NCBI GenBank assembly: GCA_002633005.1
Contig: NMRA01000590.1
Location: forward strand, 204,639 to 261,421
Source of the DNA: Phoronis australis
Taxonomy: Eukaryota; Animalia; Phoronida
Reading direction: 5' to 3'
DNA length: 56,783 nt
Of this stretch, positions 24,001 through 32,590 are shown one piece after another. The stretch's first letter is position 1. The number at the start of each line of letters is the position of its first letter. The translations under genes and the position numbers were made by a program. Under the pieces are notes generated by a model that saw nothing but the letters and a program-made list of their open reading frames with translations, ran no database searches and was not told where the DNA came from.

Positions 24001-27000
24001 CGTAATACTGGGTCTGCAAATTTCAACTTTTGGTAAAACAATGTTCCCCAGCTGGCGTAGTTTGGGCGGTTCTGGGCAAAGAATACATCTAGCATAGTCG
24101 GGAAAATATTGATATAGCTACTGACGTCATTGTTGTTGACGCATCTCTGGAGTTCTTTCTGGGCTCAGTTTGGAGATTCACCAAAACTGATTAGTTTTGC
24201 CAAATTTTCCATTAATCACTGTGTGGAATGCAGGTAGTTGGCGTGCATACATAACGAAGAAGACAGCAAAAGACGTAATTTTATTATTATTCCTTTTAGC
24301 AGTTGCATCAAATGACTCGTCCGAAATCAGAGGGACGCAGCTTAGATTGGTAAAATAGGACAACGAAAAATCGAAATTCGTGCAAACACAATGTGCTATC
24401 CGTCTCGGACAGGTTTTTAGGTTTTGTTTTAAATAGTGAATCATGTGGAGTATTCCGCTGTTTTCTCATGGACTTGTGAGGGCGCTGCAACATCACTAGG
24501 CGCGATATTTATGATTTTCATGCCCTGACGTAAACTTGCGGACAAAAATCTTTCACCTTGTGTGGTAACCTATGTCGTACGGACTCAGTGGCTTTATTAA
24601 AACTCGAAGTGCCTGATTCCTCAATGTGATGCTTATTCATTGTGAATGGGCATATAATCAATTTTGTTTCGACTCCTTATTTGTCTGATTGGAGCATCGT
24701 GCTGTTGTGCCACGTGCAGTGATGCTGAACATCGGACGATTGTTTCAAACGGTTACCTGGTGGGTTGATTTAGGTCAACTCAGGTACTTGGGCGTGTCTG
24801 GCGAGGATAAACCACAACTAGATTTGTCTGGCAGTATTTATTCTTTATACCTGGGTTTACGGCGAATATTTTGCAACTTGTTTCATGCGGTTACCTCTTT
24901 GGTTGATCTAGCCCAACTCAGGTCTTTGGGCGTGTCTCAGTGGCTGGGCTAACCTACATGTACCACTAGATTTGTCTGACAGCTTTTATTTGTGATAGCT
25001 GGGCTAACGATGAATATTTTGGAACTGGTTTTAAGGGGTTGCCTCTTGGGTTGATCTAGCTCAATTGTTTAACCTTTTTTGATAATCGTCTGGCAGGGGC
25101 ACCCCACCACTGAAATTGTCTGGCATCTACAGCGATGCTGAACATCGTGCAATTGGTTTCAAAACGGTTACCTGGTGGGTTGATCTATCACACCTCGAGT
25201 ATTTTGTCGTGTCTGGCGGGGCTAACCCACCACTAGATTTGTCTGGTAGTGTTCATTCGTGATTTCTGGGCTCACGCTAAATATTTTGAAACTGGTTTCA
25301 CGCAGTTAACTCTTTGATTGATCTAGCTTATTGTTTTACCTTGTTTATAACCGTCTGGCTGATACTCCCCACCCCTGACATTGGCTGGCAGTGGCCAATT
25401 TTGATACAGCGGATTACGTAGGAAGTTTCCAAGGCGGTTTGAAGTGGTTACCAGATAAGTTGATCTAGCTCAATCATTGAGTATCATTCTCTTGGCTCCC
25501 CTGACCACACCCACCATAGCGATCCTGCCAGATGGCCATTTCCAAGCATGAGGATACCCACAGAGCACTGTGGCACCAAAGAAAATTAGTTGCCTTTTCA
25601 TGCCCAAAAAAGCTCTGGGATCTCGGTCTATTAAATGCTTTCTTGAATTTTCTTTCTAATCCGTATTTCGCAAACTTCTTTTCTCGGTTGTCCACGACCC
25701 CACGCCTATGTCGGTTTCCACGGTTTAACCTTTACGACTGAAAATTTTTGGGGGGCACGTACCCCCACCCCTCCTCCCGCTTCCTACGGCCCAGAAGGTT
25801 AGAGCAGCAAAGAGAGAAAAAGCGAAAGCAACGGCGACTTAGAAATGACCGCTCAGTCCAAGGAATCCAACGAAATGTGCGGCGACCTTGAGGGCTCAGA
25901 AATTGCCAAACATATTTTTGGACGAATAGTTCTTTATAGCGTTCAACCTGAGAGTTCTGAGCCAGCAACAACACACGCCGGCAAGCTTGGAGGTCATCAG
26001 TGCCCTGTTTTAGACACGACTTCGTTATTGTTAAGTAAAATGTGAAAAAATGGGGAATCAACGAAAACGAATTCAAAATTAGCAAAACATCGGAGCAAAA
26101 TCTATCCCCTAACTATCAAATGACTTTGCGTTTTTATTTTCATCTGATAAACATATTTGTTTCGACCTAAATTCGACGAACTGGGGAATAACGTTATAAG
26201 CGCGCACGGTTACAGTTGGCGCATACAAGTTTGAATGAAGTTGTGTCGAGAATCATTCTTGTTTTTGTCGGGGGAATACAACGCATTGTAATCTGATTTT
26301 AACACAGAAAAGCAGACCATGTGATTAACCTGCATTTTAAAATGGCTGTGATCGACACCACTAACAGCACCACGACCCAAGAGACCCGCAGGAAAGTCTA
26401 AAATATTGAGGTGGGGAAATATCAAATAAAAACGACGGACAAACGTAGCGCAACAAATGGTTTTTCTAGACTCAAAGATTTCGACGAAAATCGTCATTTT
26501 ACACAAGACTATATACGGTTTAAAGTCAGGGTCAGGAAAATACTTCAATCTCACGATGTCCCCGTCGTCAAACGACTTATTAAAATGGTGGCTGCAGATT
26601 TTTGAATGCCTCGTGCACGTCCCAAACCGTGCCACTGAAGTCCACATAACGGGCTGGTACTATGTCACAGTTTCTTCGTTTTGAGCTCGCCGAATTTGTC
26701 GCAACCAAGGCTTAAGTTGCCGACGCGAAAGTTGAACTAGCCTTTTTGGTAATAGCAGCTTAGTACCGTGAATAAATGTTCTAAAGTTAGAATAATTTTT
26801 CAGCGGCATCCTTTCCTGAAAAGTAGCCGTGTACTACCCATAGCAAAACTGTAATATTTAAGCTGTTTCCTATCTATACTGTTATTCAAGAATAATTTTA
26901 CGCAAATGCACCTTTTCAGACGTACTCCTTAAAACCTCATATTTCTGAGCCATGACTTTGTAATTGGCGTATCACTTTATCAAATATTTCAAGAAATAGT

Positions 27001-30000
27001 TTATTGCACTGGAAAACTTTTTGCTTTTTACATAGTGAGATTATTCAAATTTCAACGTTTGTACAGCACATGTGATCCGATTTGGCGTGAAACAAAGTAT
27101 ATTAGCAATTATTGTCTCAAGGAAGACAAGTAAGTGGTCCTGTACATGTACATATATATTAATAAAGACAACGAGAATTTTGAACTTCAACATGTTTCGA
27201 TGACTCAAACATCGTCACCAGGACAAATAATCAAGGTCATCTACAATCTTGACCTACAAGTCGGATCTCAAGATCTCAAAATAAGTCAGGATCTTCAGAT
27301 CCTGAGATAAATAAGTCTGGATATCCAGATCCTGAGATTCCGAAGTAATTAATCAGAATCTCAAGATACTGAGATAAAATAGGTCAGCATCTCAATATCT
27401 TGAGATCCTGAGATAATCATGCCGGACTTTCGATATCCTGAGCTAATTTTGTATGGATCTCGAGATCCTGAAATTGTTAAAAAATCGCCTGATGTCATCC
27501 TTGGGTCACCGCAACATTACGCCTTGATTTAAACATTTCAATTGAGTTGTGAAAGATTTTGCAGAGGCTACCGCTTTACAAACTTGATAATCCCGGTCAA
27601 ATGTTCACTAGTTGCTTATTTCCCCAAACCTACACCATGACCACCAAGTTTTCAAATAATGAGCTTGACCAACACTACCAAGCGTCTGCAAAGTAGTTTG
27701 GTTGTGTTTGGCAGTTTCAAGACTTAATCAAACTCTAGTTTGCCAGTACCGGCGGAGCTCGAAACGGTGCATAATTTATTCAATGTAACGGAATGGTCCA
27801 TCAGAAGTACGAGGGTCAATGGAAGTTTTGATGATGTTTGGTACGCCTGATTGAAAAGTCAAATTCAGTTCACCTTTCAAGATCATCGCAGCTTATTTCC
27901 AAGACGTCTCTGATATTCATTTACAGGGCATTCAAAAATATCATTAATATTTGTGGGGAGTACTAAAGCGAGGCTAAGCACGGCGGCGTTATAACAGAAT
28001 TCGACGAGTACTGCTTAAAATCATCCAGGATTTCCAACAAATTACCCACAATACTTTCACATGCAACTTGTGCATTCGCAGACTATAAAGAATAAGAGCT
28101 ATGATTTTTGTGACGTTCAACTTCCTGTTTCGTAAAGTAGTGATATTCGACTGTATGCAATTCTACAAAAATGCAAAATTATTGATTTTTTAGGCTGACA
28201 TTTGGTTAAACGTTGGAAAACCCCGGACTTCTGCTTGAATAACTTTGATTCTTTATTTTACATACTTTTCTAAACAGACCCTATGCATCGCTGATCTAGA
28301 CATCTCAATTGCCCAGCGACTTGTTTCGCTAACTTTTTAGCTGAAAACGTGTAACACGTCAGTGCAAGAAACTTTATATCAGTGAGTTACAGTCGTGCAT
28401 TCCTTTAACTGAGAGCACCATATCCACCTGAAACAATCCATTTTAGAATTAGGAACTGTTGAAGTTTGTTCATTTTAGCATTGCAGACGAGCAGTGGCGA
28501 CACTCATACATGTACATGTATTCATTGAACGATATTGTAAGCTAACGCCACCTGTCGTAGGTCTGCTACAACGCGCTTGATTCGTTTGATCATTTAATTG
28601 ATGTTGCTTCTCACGCTTAAATTGTTTCTGGCCACATTTCTTGTTTAATTTTTAATTGTTTGTTTATTATTATCCACCACATTCTGCTAGTACCGATCGT
28701 CTACCATTCACGTTGTCAGGGTATACCTCTCCTTGAAGCGACACCATCGTCGAGAATTAGTTTGAGACCAGCTACCCAAGAGGGATTCGATCTCATGACC
28801 CCAGCGGTTACAGAATAAATAACATTGTAGTGGTACCAACATGTATTAAGCACGCTCTATAGGATATGAAAACTGACAAATGCCTCAAGGTCTATTCTTT
28901 GTTGCGTCGGAAGCAAATAGACGACACAGTCTTCAATCCAATTTAATGCTACATTGTTTTGTAACTCGGTATGCTCTTTAGCAATACTGAGGTAGTTTTG
29001 AAACTAGTGTGATGTTCATAGTCACAGAGGCAGCTAGGCAGGTCTCAAAATATTGAGAAAAGGAATTCTGCACTATCGCGATCGTAGATTCTGATATACA
29101 TGTATGAGGAACAATGTTTCCGACTGAGGTGAAGCTTGATATACTATATATTTCTTAGTTTTCATGACAGATAGCAATAACTAGTATTGATGGCAACCTG
29201 TTTGTCAGTTCTTTTTTACTACCACCACACTTCAAAAAGCATTACAATAACTCGAAACGCAGATTCGTATACTTACCAGTTTCTTGGGCTGCAACAACCT
29301 GAAGTAAAAATATTTTTCTCTTAAAGTGGCCTTTCGCCCTTTTCAGCAGACTAAAAACAAAATCGAATTATGCCTTTCACTTAAGTCATATTCTCAAATA
29401 CTTTATTTAAGGTTTGAGCAATCTCGATGACTCCAGAAGCTTTTCTGAAGACACTCATGGCTTTGATGTTGGTGCCAATAACATAAACAGAATCCCATTA
29501 CGATGATGGCAAAATCAATTTTCGTGCAAAATACAATTGAACAATTAGGGAATCAATTCAATTTTCGATGTTTCAATCTTGTGTTTTTCTATGTCTCCGA
29601 AAAATCAAAAATTGATAATTAGAAAATGAGTCAATTATTGACTTTTCGTTTTTGTGGAGAAAATAGAAATTGAAACACCACTATCGTTTTCTCTTCATCA
29701 AATTGCACTGTGTGGTGTTGAGGACGTTATAAAATACGACTGATTTTTAGACGTAAATTTACGATCTGTGATAGCAATTAGATGGAAGCATCTGGTCGAT
29801 TAGTTCTCCACAAGATGCGCAATAGTGTCAAAAGGTCGATCCAACATTGTCATCATTTCTGGTCATGAATGTCAGAGCTCCCAATTGACACCAGAATACA
29901 ATTTTCAAAGTGGTGGAGAAGGGTGGTTAAAGAGAACATAAAATAATCGTTTTTTATTGACTTGTCCCGTTAACCAGCATTTGTTTGACAGTTACTTTAC

Positions 30001-30737
30001 AGTCTGTAAAGTGGAAATGATTTTGATTTTCCGAAGATTTTGCTTCGCTAATTATTATAAAAATCGATTTTGGTTCAATTTTAGATCTCTAGATGTACAT
30101 GTAAGTTGATATCCGAGTCCGACCCAATTTATATTTTTCAACATTCAATGTTTTGGGAAAAGCAAAACATGGCTCCATTTTCTAATTTTCAATTCCAAGG
30201 GAAACAAAAATCGATTAAGGCTTTTCACACAGAGACCGTATAAAATACATTTTACGATACGCGCAGAAAGGTATCTGTGTAAGAATCCTTTGCCCTTCAT
30301 ATTTTCTTCTGACAATCGGCAGATCCAGAACGTAAGTTCACCCGAGAAATTTAAGGTTGTGAGTAATTTTAAAACTGTAGAAATTTGCTTAGCTTGGAAC
30401 TTCGTTTCTCTAAAATGGATTCAAATGAAAGAAAGAGAGTGTCAATTTTGTAAAGTCCAGACCTCCAAAATGATTTGCAACTTGTTCAGTTTGTATTGGA
30501 TCCTTTAGGAAATTTGGAGATTGATAACTTTTATCAAAAATATGTTTTATAATTTTATAGACATTTAGCTAAATCAGCAGAGCTGATAAGTTTACCCATT
30601 TCCTTTAGTGTCGCATGGAATCTGTTTAAAGGAGCTGGGAATTTGCTGCCTCATAATTAAAAGACGTAAAGCATACAAAAAGAATGCACACGTACCTGTA
30701 AAACCACAGCAAACAATGCTAACATCTCCGACTTCAT
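2855..30737 (-). CDS. Spliced gene for a single-pass membrane ZP-domain protein (signal peptide, ZP-N, ZP-C, furin site, EHP, TM, NPxY tail), about 360 aa from 10 coding exons
   Basis: Exons 30696-30737, 29277-29298, 22772-22783, 19650-19816, 16889-17052, 16061-16176, 13967-14054, 13319-13511, 10656-10746, 2855-3042 sum to 1083 nt (360 aa + TAA), all GT..AG and phase-compatible. Product: MKSEMLALFAVVLQVVAAQETVHADGTYMCRKDG..GNC..ANCGVT..TCSY (4 ZP-N Cys)..VIETGC..LAICLTAGDTKCEPVSICSLKRRRRD..TM..DNPVYT*. Architecture matches ZP-module proteins such as cuticlin and invertebrate egg-envelope ZP proteins. Confidence 0.85.
4990..9929. mobile_element. About 4.9-kb decayed TIR DNA transposon in the last ZP intron (superfamily uncertain)
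   Basis: Perfect 22-bp inverted repeat AGCGGCAAGGTGGGGGTCAGCC at 5019-5040 and 9884-9905, with weaker similarity out to the ends; interior holds disrupted + strand coding-like segments. Confidence 0.55.
10561..10590 (-). CDS. Possible optional 30-nt symmetric exon of the ZP gene, (V)TYPHTRLLS
   Basis: Acceptor ttcttgccatgcAG and donor CAG/GTacgt; phase 1-1, in frame, after a 65-nt intron. The gene is in frame with or without it. Confidence 0.3.
10656..10746 (-). CDS. ZP gene exon 9: last ZP-C Cys, furin site and external hydrophobic patch
   Basis: catgttttAG / SICSLKRRRRDVRQGNVIFAQANFTVSVKK+G / GTgag; 91 nt, phase 0->1. Not represented in the ORF track. Confidence 0.9.
11932..12137. repeat. 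(GGT)n-type microsatellite / low-complexity tract spanning an assembly gap
   Basis: GGT/GGC/GAT triplet runs on both sides of N 11965-12034. Confidence 0.85.
12748..13004. mobile_element. MITE with CATGC termini and G/C-run subterminal tracts
   Basis: Starts CATGCGCACACCCGGGGGGG, ends CCCCCCCC...GGCTGAGTGCGAGCATG; flanked by direct repeat GTTTT (12743-12747, 13005-13009). Confidence 0.65.
13319..13511 (-). CDS. ZP gene exon 8: C-terminal half of ZP-C
   Basis: ttttcttctcattattaAG / (G)CTTGGETSLKNAIQQTGKKDGNTLTTDSTTLKMVMFAPPLSETLTVEVELAICLTAGDTKCEPV / GTatgg; 193 nt, phase 2->0. Confidence 0.88.
13967..14054 (-). CDS. ZP gene exon 7: ZP-C, (T)PGTYAGLAKIVNAWYKSGTTNSIQVIET(G)
   Basis: tttattcgatcttgtAG / 88 nt / GTaaga; phase 1->2. 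Joins exon 8 to give the ZP-C hallmark VIETG-C (cf. LI.NGC). Confidence 0.85.
14196..14763. mobile_element. Foldback-type MITE with long imperfect TIRs built from ~21-bp subrepeats
   Basis: Left TATGAAGCG..AAGGGTT mirrors right AACCCTT..CGCTTCATA; TTTTGCTTAAT units on the left, ATTAAGCAAAA units on the right; internal ~60-bp tandem duplication near 14410-14545. Confidence 0.7.
14951..15575. mobile_element. Degenerate inverted-repeat element
   Basis: CTCGCTGGTTCCCT..CCAGCACGCAGGTA near 14958-15008 mirrored by TACCTGCGTGCTGG..AGGGGACCAGCGAG near 15526-15567. Confidence 0.5.
16061..16176 (-). CDS. ZP gene exon 6 (least certain): linker, internal hydrophobic patch, start of ZP-C
   Basis: ccattttctgttAG / (T)VSNVTKFASRVLLFKCADSVSLMRLRLLTTELRLKVDH / GTatgt; 116 nt, phase 2->1, exactly what is needed between exons 5 and 7. 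KFASRVLLFK resembles an IHP strand. Composition is more Leu/Arg-rich than the other exons. Confidence 0.55.
16889..17052 (-). CDS. ZP gene exon 5: second half of ZP-N and linker
   Basis: ttataacttcAG / KPSGAGDAEITIYATVLADGTNSGSPDTKHTYTCSYDANGEPTLTGSSASNVNA(T) / GTtagt; 164 nt, phase 0->2. Contains the ZP-N C4-x-Y motif (CSY). Confidence 0.9.
19650..19816 (-). CDS. ZP gene exon 4: first half of ZP-N (C1-C3)
   Basis: gtttctttttaaAG / (G)TYMCRKDGSTLTIAGAASAKTLMYVKGKAADGNCKITMSGGTGTLSFTYANCGVT / GTgagt; 167 nt, phase 1->0. C..YVKG..C..CG spacing is typical of invertebrate ZP-N. Confidence 0.9.
20760..21300 (+). repeat. Copy of an interspersed repeat family also present at about 50560-51009 and 52005-52530
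   Basis: Shared blocks such as TTGCACGATTTCACAAAAA..GGAAAATAGAGGT..CGATTCCAACATTGGGCCCTCTC and CCTAA.TATGAAAAT.TCTATATTTTCAAA. Confidence 0.85.
21440..22548. mobile_element. Non-autonomous element with inverted subterminal 16-bp repeats; same family as 53627-53855
   Basis: Left end GGGAACGTCCCACTATTTCGAAGGTTCACTA; right end has degenerate GTAGTGAACCTTCGRA units in the opposite orientation, ending GTGACATGGAACC. Confidence 0.55.
22020..22422. mobile_element. MITE nested in the right end of the 16-bp-repeat element
   Basis: Imperfect ~50-bp TIRs: GGGCCCAGTCTC..CTCGAAATGGAATTCGAAATTATGTTTGGCA versus TGTCAAAAATAATTTCGAGTTCGTTTCGAG..GAGACCGAGCC. Confidence 0.55.
22772..22783 (-). CDS. ZP gene exon 3: 12-nt microexon, (V)HAD(G)
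   Basis: Strong acceptor ttcttttcttttaaattcAG, exon TACACGCTGACG, consensus donor GTAAGT; phase 1-1. Confidence 0.65.
23235..23473 (-). mobile_element. Terminal fragment of a non-autonomous DNA element starting CAGGCCCGTAG; second copy at 48302-48535 (+)
   Basis: Reverse complement aligns by eye with 48302-48535 (CAGGCCCGTAGC, GGGTTCG..TCGA.CCC, ACAACAAAATTGTTGCA, TGATTCAA.GC.CTTCAC). Confidence 0.75.
24715..25475. repeat. Diverged tandem array, ~140-bp unit, about 6 copies, with a 3-unit higher-order period
   Basis: GTTGATCTA-like marker recurs near 24763, 24901, 25049, 25178, 25318, 25458; GATGCTGAACATCG recurs at 24721 and 25134 (413 bp). Confidence 0.75.
25700..25795 (+). repeat. TIR-end fragment shared with 52688-52779
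   Basis: CGCCTATGT..CCACGGTT..CTGAAA.TTTTTGGGGG..CCCGCTTCCTA.GGCCC in both places. Confidence 0.75.
26540..26928 (-). mobile_element. Probable Kolobok-type transposon end with decayed THAP zinc-finger remnant
   Basis: Minus strand begins TTAA|GGAGTACG (TTAA at 26929-26932); downstream translation RQLKPWLRQIRR...TRHSKICSHHFNKSF carries the THAP W..I.R and CS.HF motifs with stops. Kolobok elements have TTAA TSDs, RR termini and often THAP. Confidence 0.5.
27189..27224 (-). ncRNA. Degenerate minimal hammerhead ribozyme motif (Penelope-like remnant)
   Basis: Minus strand CTGGTGA-C-GATG-tttgagt-CATC-GAAACATGTT: core with one substitution (CUGAUGA->CUGGUGA), 4-bp stem II, palindromic ACATGT stem III. 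Confidence 0.5.
27240..27480. repeat. Degenerate minisatellite (GATCCTGAGAT / ATAAGTC units)
   Basis: Repeated GATC(C/T)(T/C)GAGAT and AATAAGTC motifs at roughly 30-bp spacing. Confidence 0.65.
29277..29298 (-). CDS. ZP gene exon 2: 22-nt microexon VVAAQET, end of signal peptide
   Basis: atatttttacttcAG / GTTGTTGCAGCCCAAGAAACTG / GTAAGT; phase 0->1, required to connect exon 1 to the downstream exons. Confidence 0.8.
30696..30737 (-). CDS. ZP gene first coding exon: signal peptide MKSEMLALFAVVLQ
   Basis: ttttgtattatgttttccAG immediately followed by ATG; 42 nt; donor CAG/GTacgt. With exon 2 gives MKSEMLALFAVVLQVVAA-QE, a plausible cleavable signal peptide. Confidence 0.8.
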
Positions 30738-31414
30738 CTGGAAAACATAATACAAAAGCTAGTTAAGTCCTTCAAAGCTANNNNNNNNNNNNNNNNNNNN
30801 NNNNNNNNNNNNNNNNNNNNNNNNNNNNNNNNNNNNNNNNNNNNNNNNNNNNNNNNNNNNNNNNNNNNNNNNNNNNNNNNNNNNNNNNNNNNNNNNNNNN
30901 NNNNNNNNNNNNNNNNNNNNNNNNNNNNNNNNNNNNNNNNNNNNNNNNNNNNNNNNNNNNNNNNNNNNNNNNNNNNNNNNNNNNNNNNNNNNNNNNNNNN
31001 NNNNNNNNNNNNNNNNNNNNNNNNNNNNNNNNNNNNNNNNNNNNNNNNNNNNNNNNNNNNNNNNNNNNNNNNNNNNNNNNNNNNNNNNNNNNNNNNNNNN
31101 NNNNNNNNNNNNNNNNNNNNNNNNNNNNNNNNNNNNNNNNNNNNNNNNNNNNNNNNNNNNNNNNNNNGCCGGGTCTCATCCCCAAAGCAGACGGCGATTG
31201 TCACCCGACATCCCACTTATACCCAGGGAAGTGGTGAAATGGCGAGGAATTGGCTTGGGTTTGAGGGATCATTAAAATCGAAAGAAATCGGCCGTTAGAA
31301 AAGCCATCTGTGGCTACAAATAATAAATAAGGGAAGTATCGTTTGTCCAGGACAATTAACGACGAACGGGAAGGAGTCTACTAGTTATAAACTTGTCTAA
31401 TTAGGAAAACTTAC

Positions 31415-31454
31415 GAGTGAATGTACTGTTGCTTGAGGCTGGGCCAACAGGAAG
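31415..31454 (-). other. Candidate 40-nt upstream (probably 5' UTR) exon of the ZP gene
   Basis: Acceptor tttgttctttctctccAG and donor GTAAGT on the same strand, 0.7 kb upstream of the ATG exon, which itself starts at an acceptor. Confidence 0.45.
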
Positions 31455-31684
31455 CTGGAGAGAAAGAACAAACAGCGCAACCGTCGGACTTGGTAGGAAC
31501 TAACCAGCAGTTGGATATGAAGCATGAAGGGCTCCATAATGGTATTTGCCCAAATCATAGGATTTATGTCAGAGTGCCATCAATCTCATTAACTTTGATG
31601 ATGTCTGCCATATTGGAAGACTGCGATTTTTTTATTTTTTCACATATTTCTTGCTGTAAAGTTTAGTGACACAAACCTTTACCA

Positions 31685-31762
31685 CCGTTCTCTATGATTC
31701 AAGAGTTATTACTAGCGTTTAATCCGTTCTCTATGATTCAAGAGTTATTACTAGCGTTTAAT
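31685..31762. repeat. Perfect 39-bp tandem duplication
   Basis: CCGTTCTCTATGATTCAAGAGTTATTACTAGCGTTTAAT twice in a row. Confidence 0.9.
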
Positions 31763-32304
31763 CACGCCGGTACATGACTTATGCTCACAACTCACGTTGG
31801 AGGACAGTGACAAAATGGCGACTTTGCTGTATTAAGCGACATGTTCAAAGGGACCTTTGTCATCGGTAAAAGTTTACCTATGATACATTTGATGCATATT
31901 TATCCAACTCCAAAAAATGAAGTTGCTTTCAATTTTTGGCGTATAGACTGATATTTGAAAATCTCCTAGTTTTTACATAAACTGTTTTTTCTACTTCAGG
32001 CTACATCGAAGTCAGAAAATGTGACACATTTTATTTGATTCACAATAACACGCTAGACTGAGTCGTCATGGTAACAGTTTACATGTCATCTTTCATATTT
32101 AACCGCGTTTGTATTGCTGACATGTTCTTAGGTACATTCAACGTTTCTTATTGACGTGAAAAGTATTGTTGGGATCGCATTAACCTTACTGTAATGAGAT
32201 CACTTCAGATTTAAGTTCCTAAATGTAACACTCAATTATTTGAAAACTGCAACTATTATTAAAATCTCTTGGTCTTTTTACACCGACCTCTTGTCTACTT
32301 ACAC

Positions 32305-32364
32305 TGTCACGACGTTTCGACGTTTCGGTAGGTCTATTCTCCGGCCATCGTCAGGTGTTTCAGC
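32305..32364 (-). ncRNA. Type I hammerhead ribozyme motif, left arm
   Basis: Minus strand gctgaaaCAC-CTGACGA-t-GGCCGG-agaataga-CCTACC-GAA-ACGT-cgaa-ACGT-C-GTGacag: intact core, stem II 4 of 6 pairs, 4-bp stem III, GUC cleavage triplet, CAC/GTG stem I. Confidence 0.7.
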
Positions 32365-32398
32365 GTTCATAGAAGAACGAGGACGGATATGTGGTACA

Positions 32399-32476
32399 TC
32401 CGCAGTGTAGCGGTTAAGGTGCTGGACTCGAATTATCTGTAGTTTCAGAAGTCGTGGGTTCAAATCCTGTCTCGGA
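32399..32476 (+). pseudogene. tRNA-Ser(CGA)-like cassette (SINE head / Pol III promoter), not a functional tRNA
   Basis: TCCGCAG..CTCGGA acceptor-like ends, GGTTAAGGTGCTGGACTCGAA resembling tRNA-Ser(CGA), long variable arm TCTG-tagttt-CAGA, B box GGTTCAAATCC. Anticodon and D stems do not pair properly. Confidence 0.7.
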
Positions 32477-32537
32477 CAAAAAATTCACACAAGGTTTGTA
32501 CCACATATCTGAACTCGTTCTTATAAGAACGCAGGAA

Positions 32538-32590
32538 CACCTGACGATGGCCGGAGAATAGACTGACCGAAACGTCGAAACATCGTGACA
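32538..32590 (+). ncRNA. Type I hammerhead ribozyme motif, right arm (sense to the tRNA-like promoter)
   Basis: CAC-CTGACGA(32541-47)-t-GGCCGG-agaataga-CTGACC-GAAAC(32569-73)GTC-GAAACATC-GTG: intact core, stem II 5 of 6 pairs, one mismatch in stem III. Confidence 0.7.

Noticed and set aside
30734-31216. 160-aa and 135-aa ORFs
   Set aside because: Made of N-gap translated as X.
32399-32476. Functional tRNA-Ser(CGA) gene
   Set aside because: Anticodon stem and D stem do not pair and the T stem is mostly G-U; treated as a SINE-type head.
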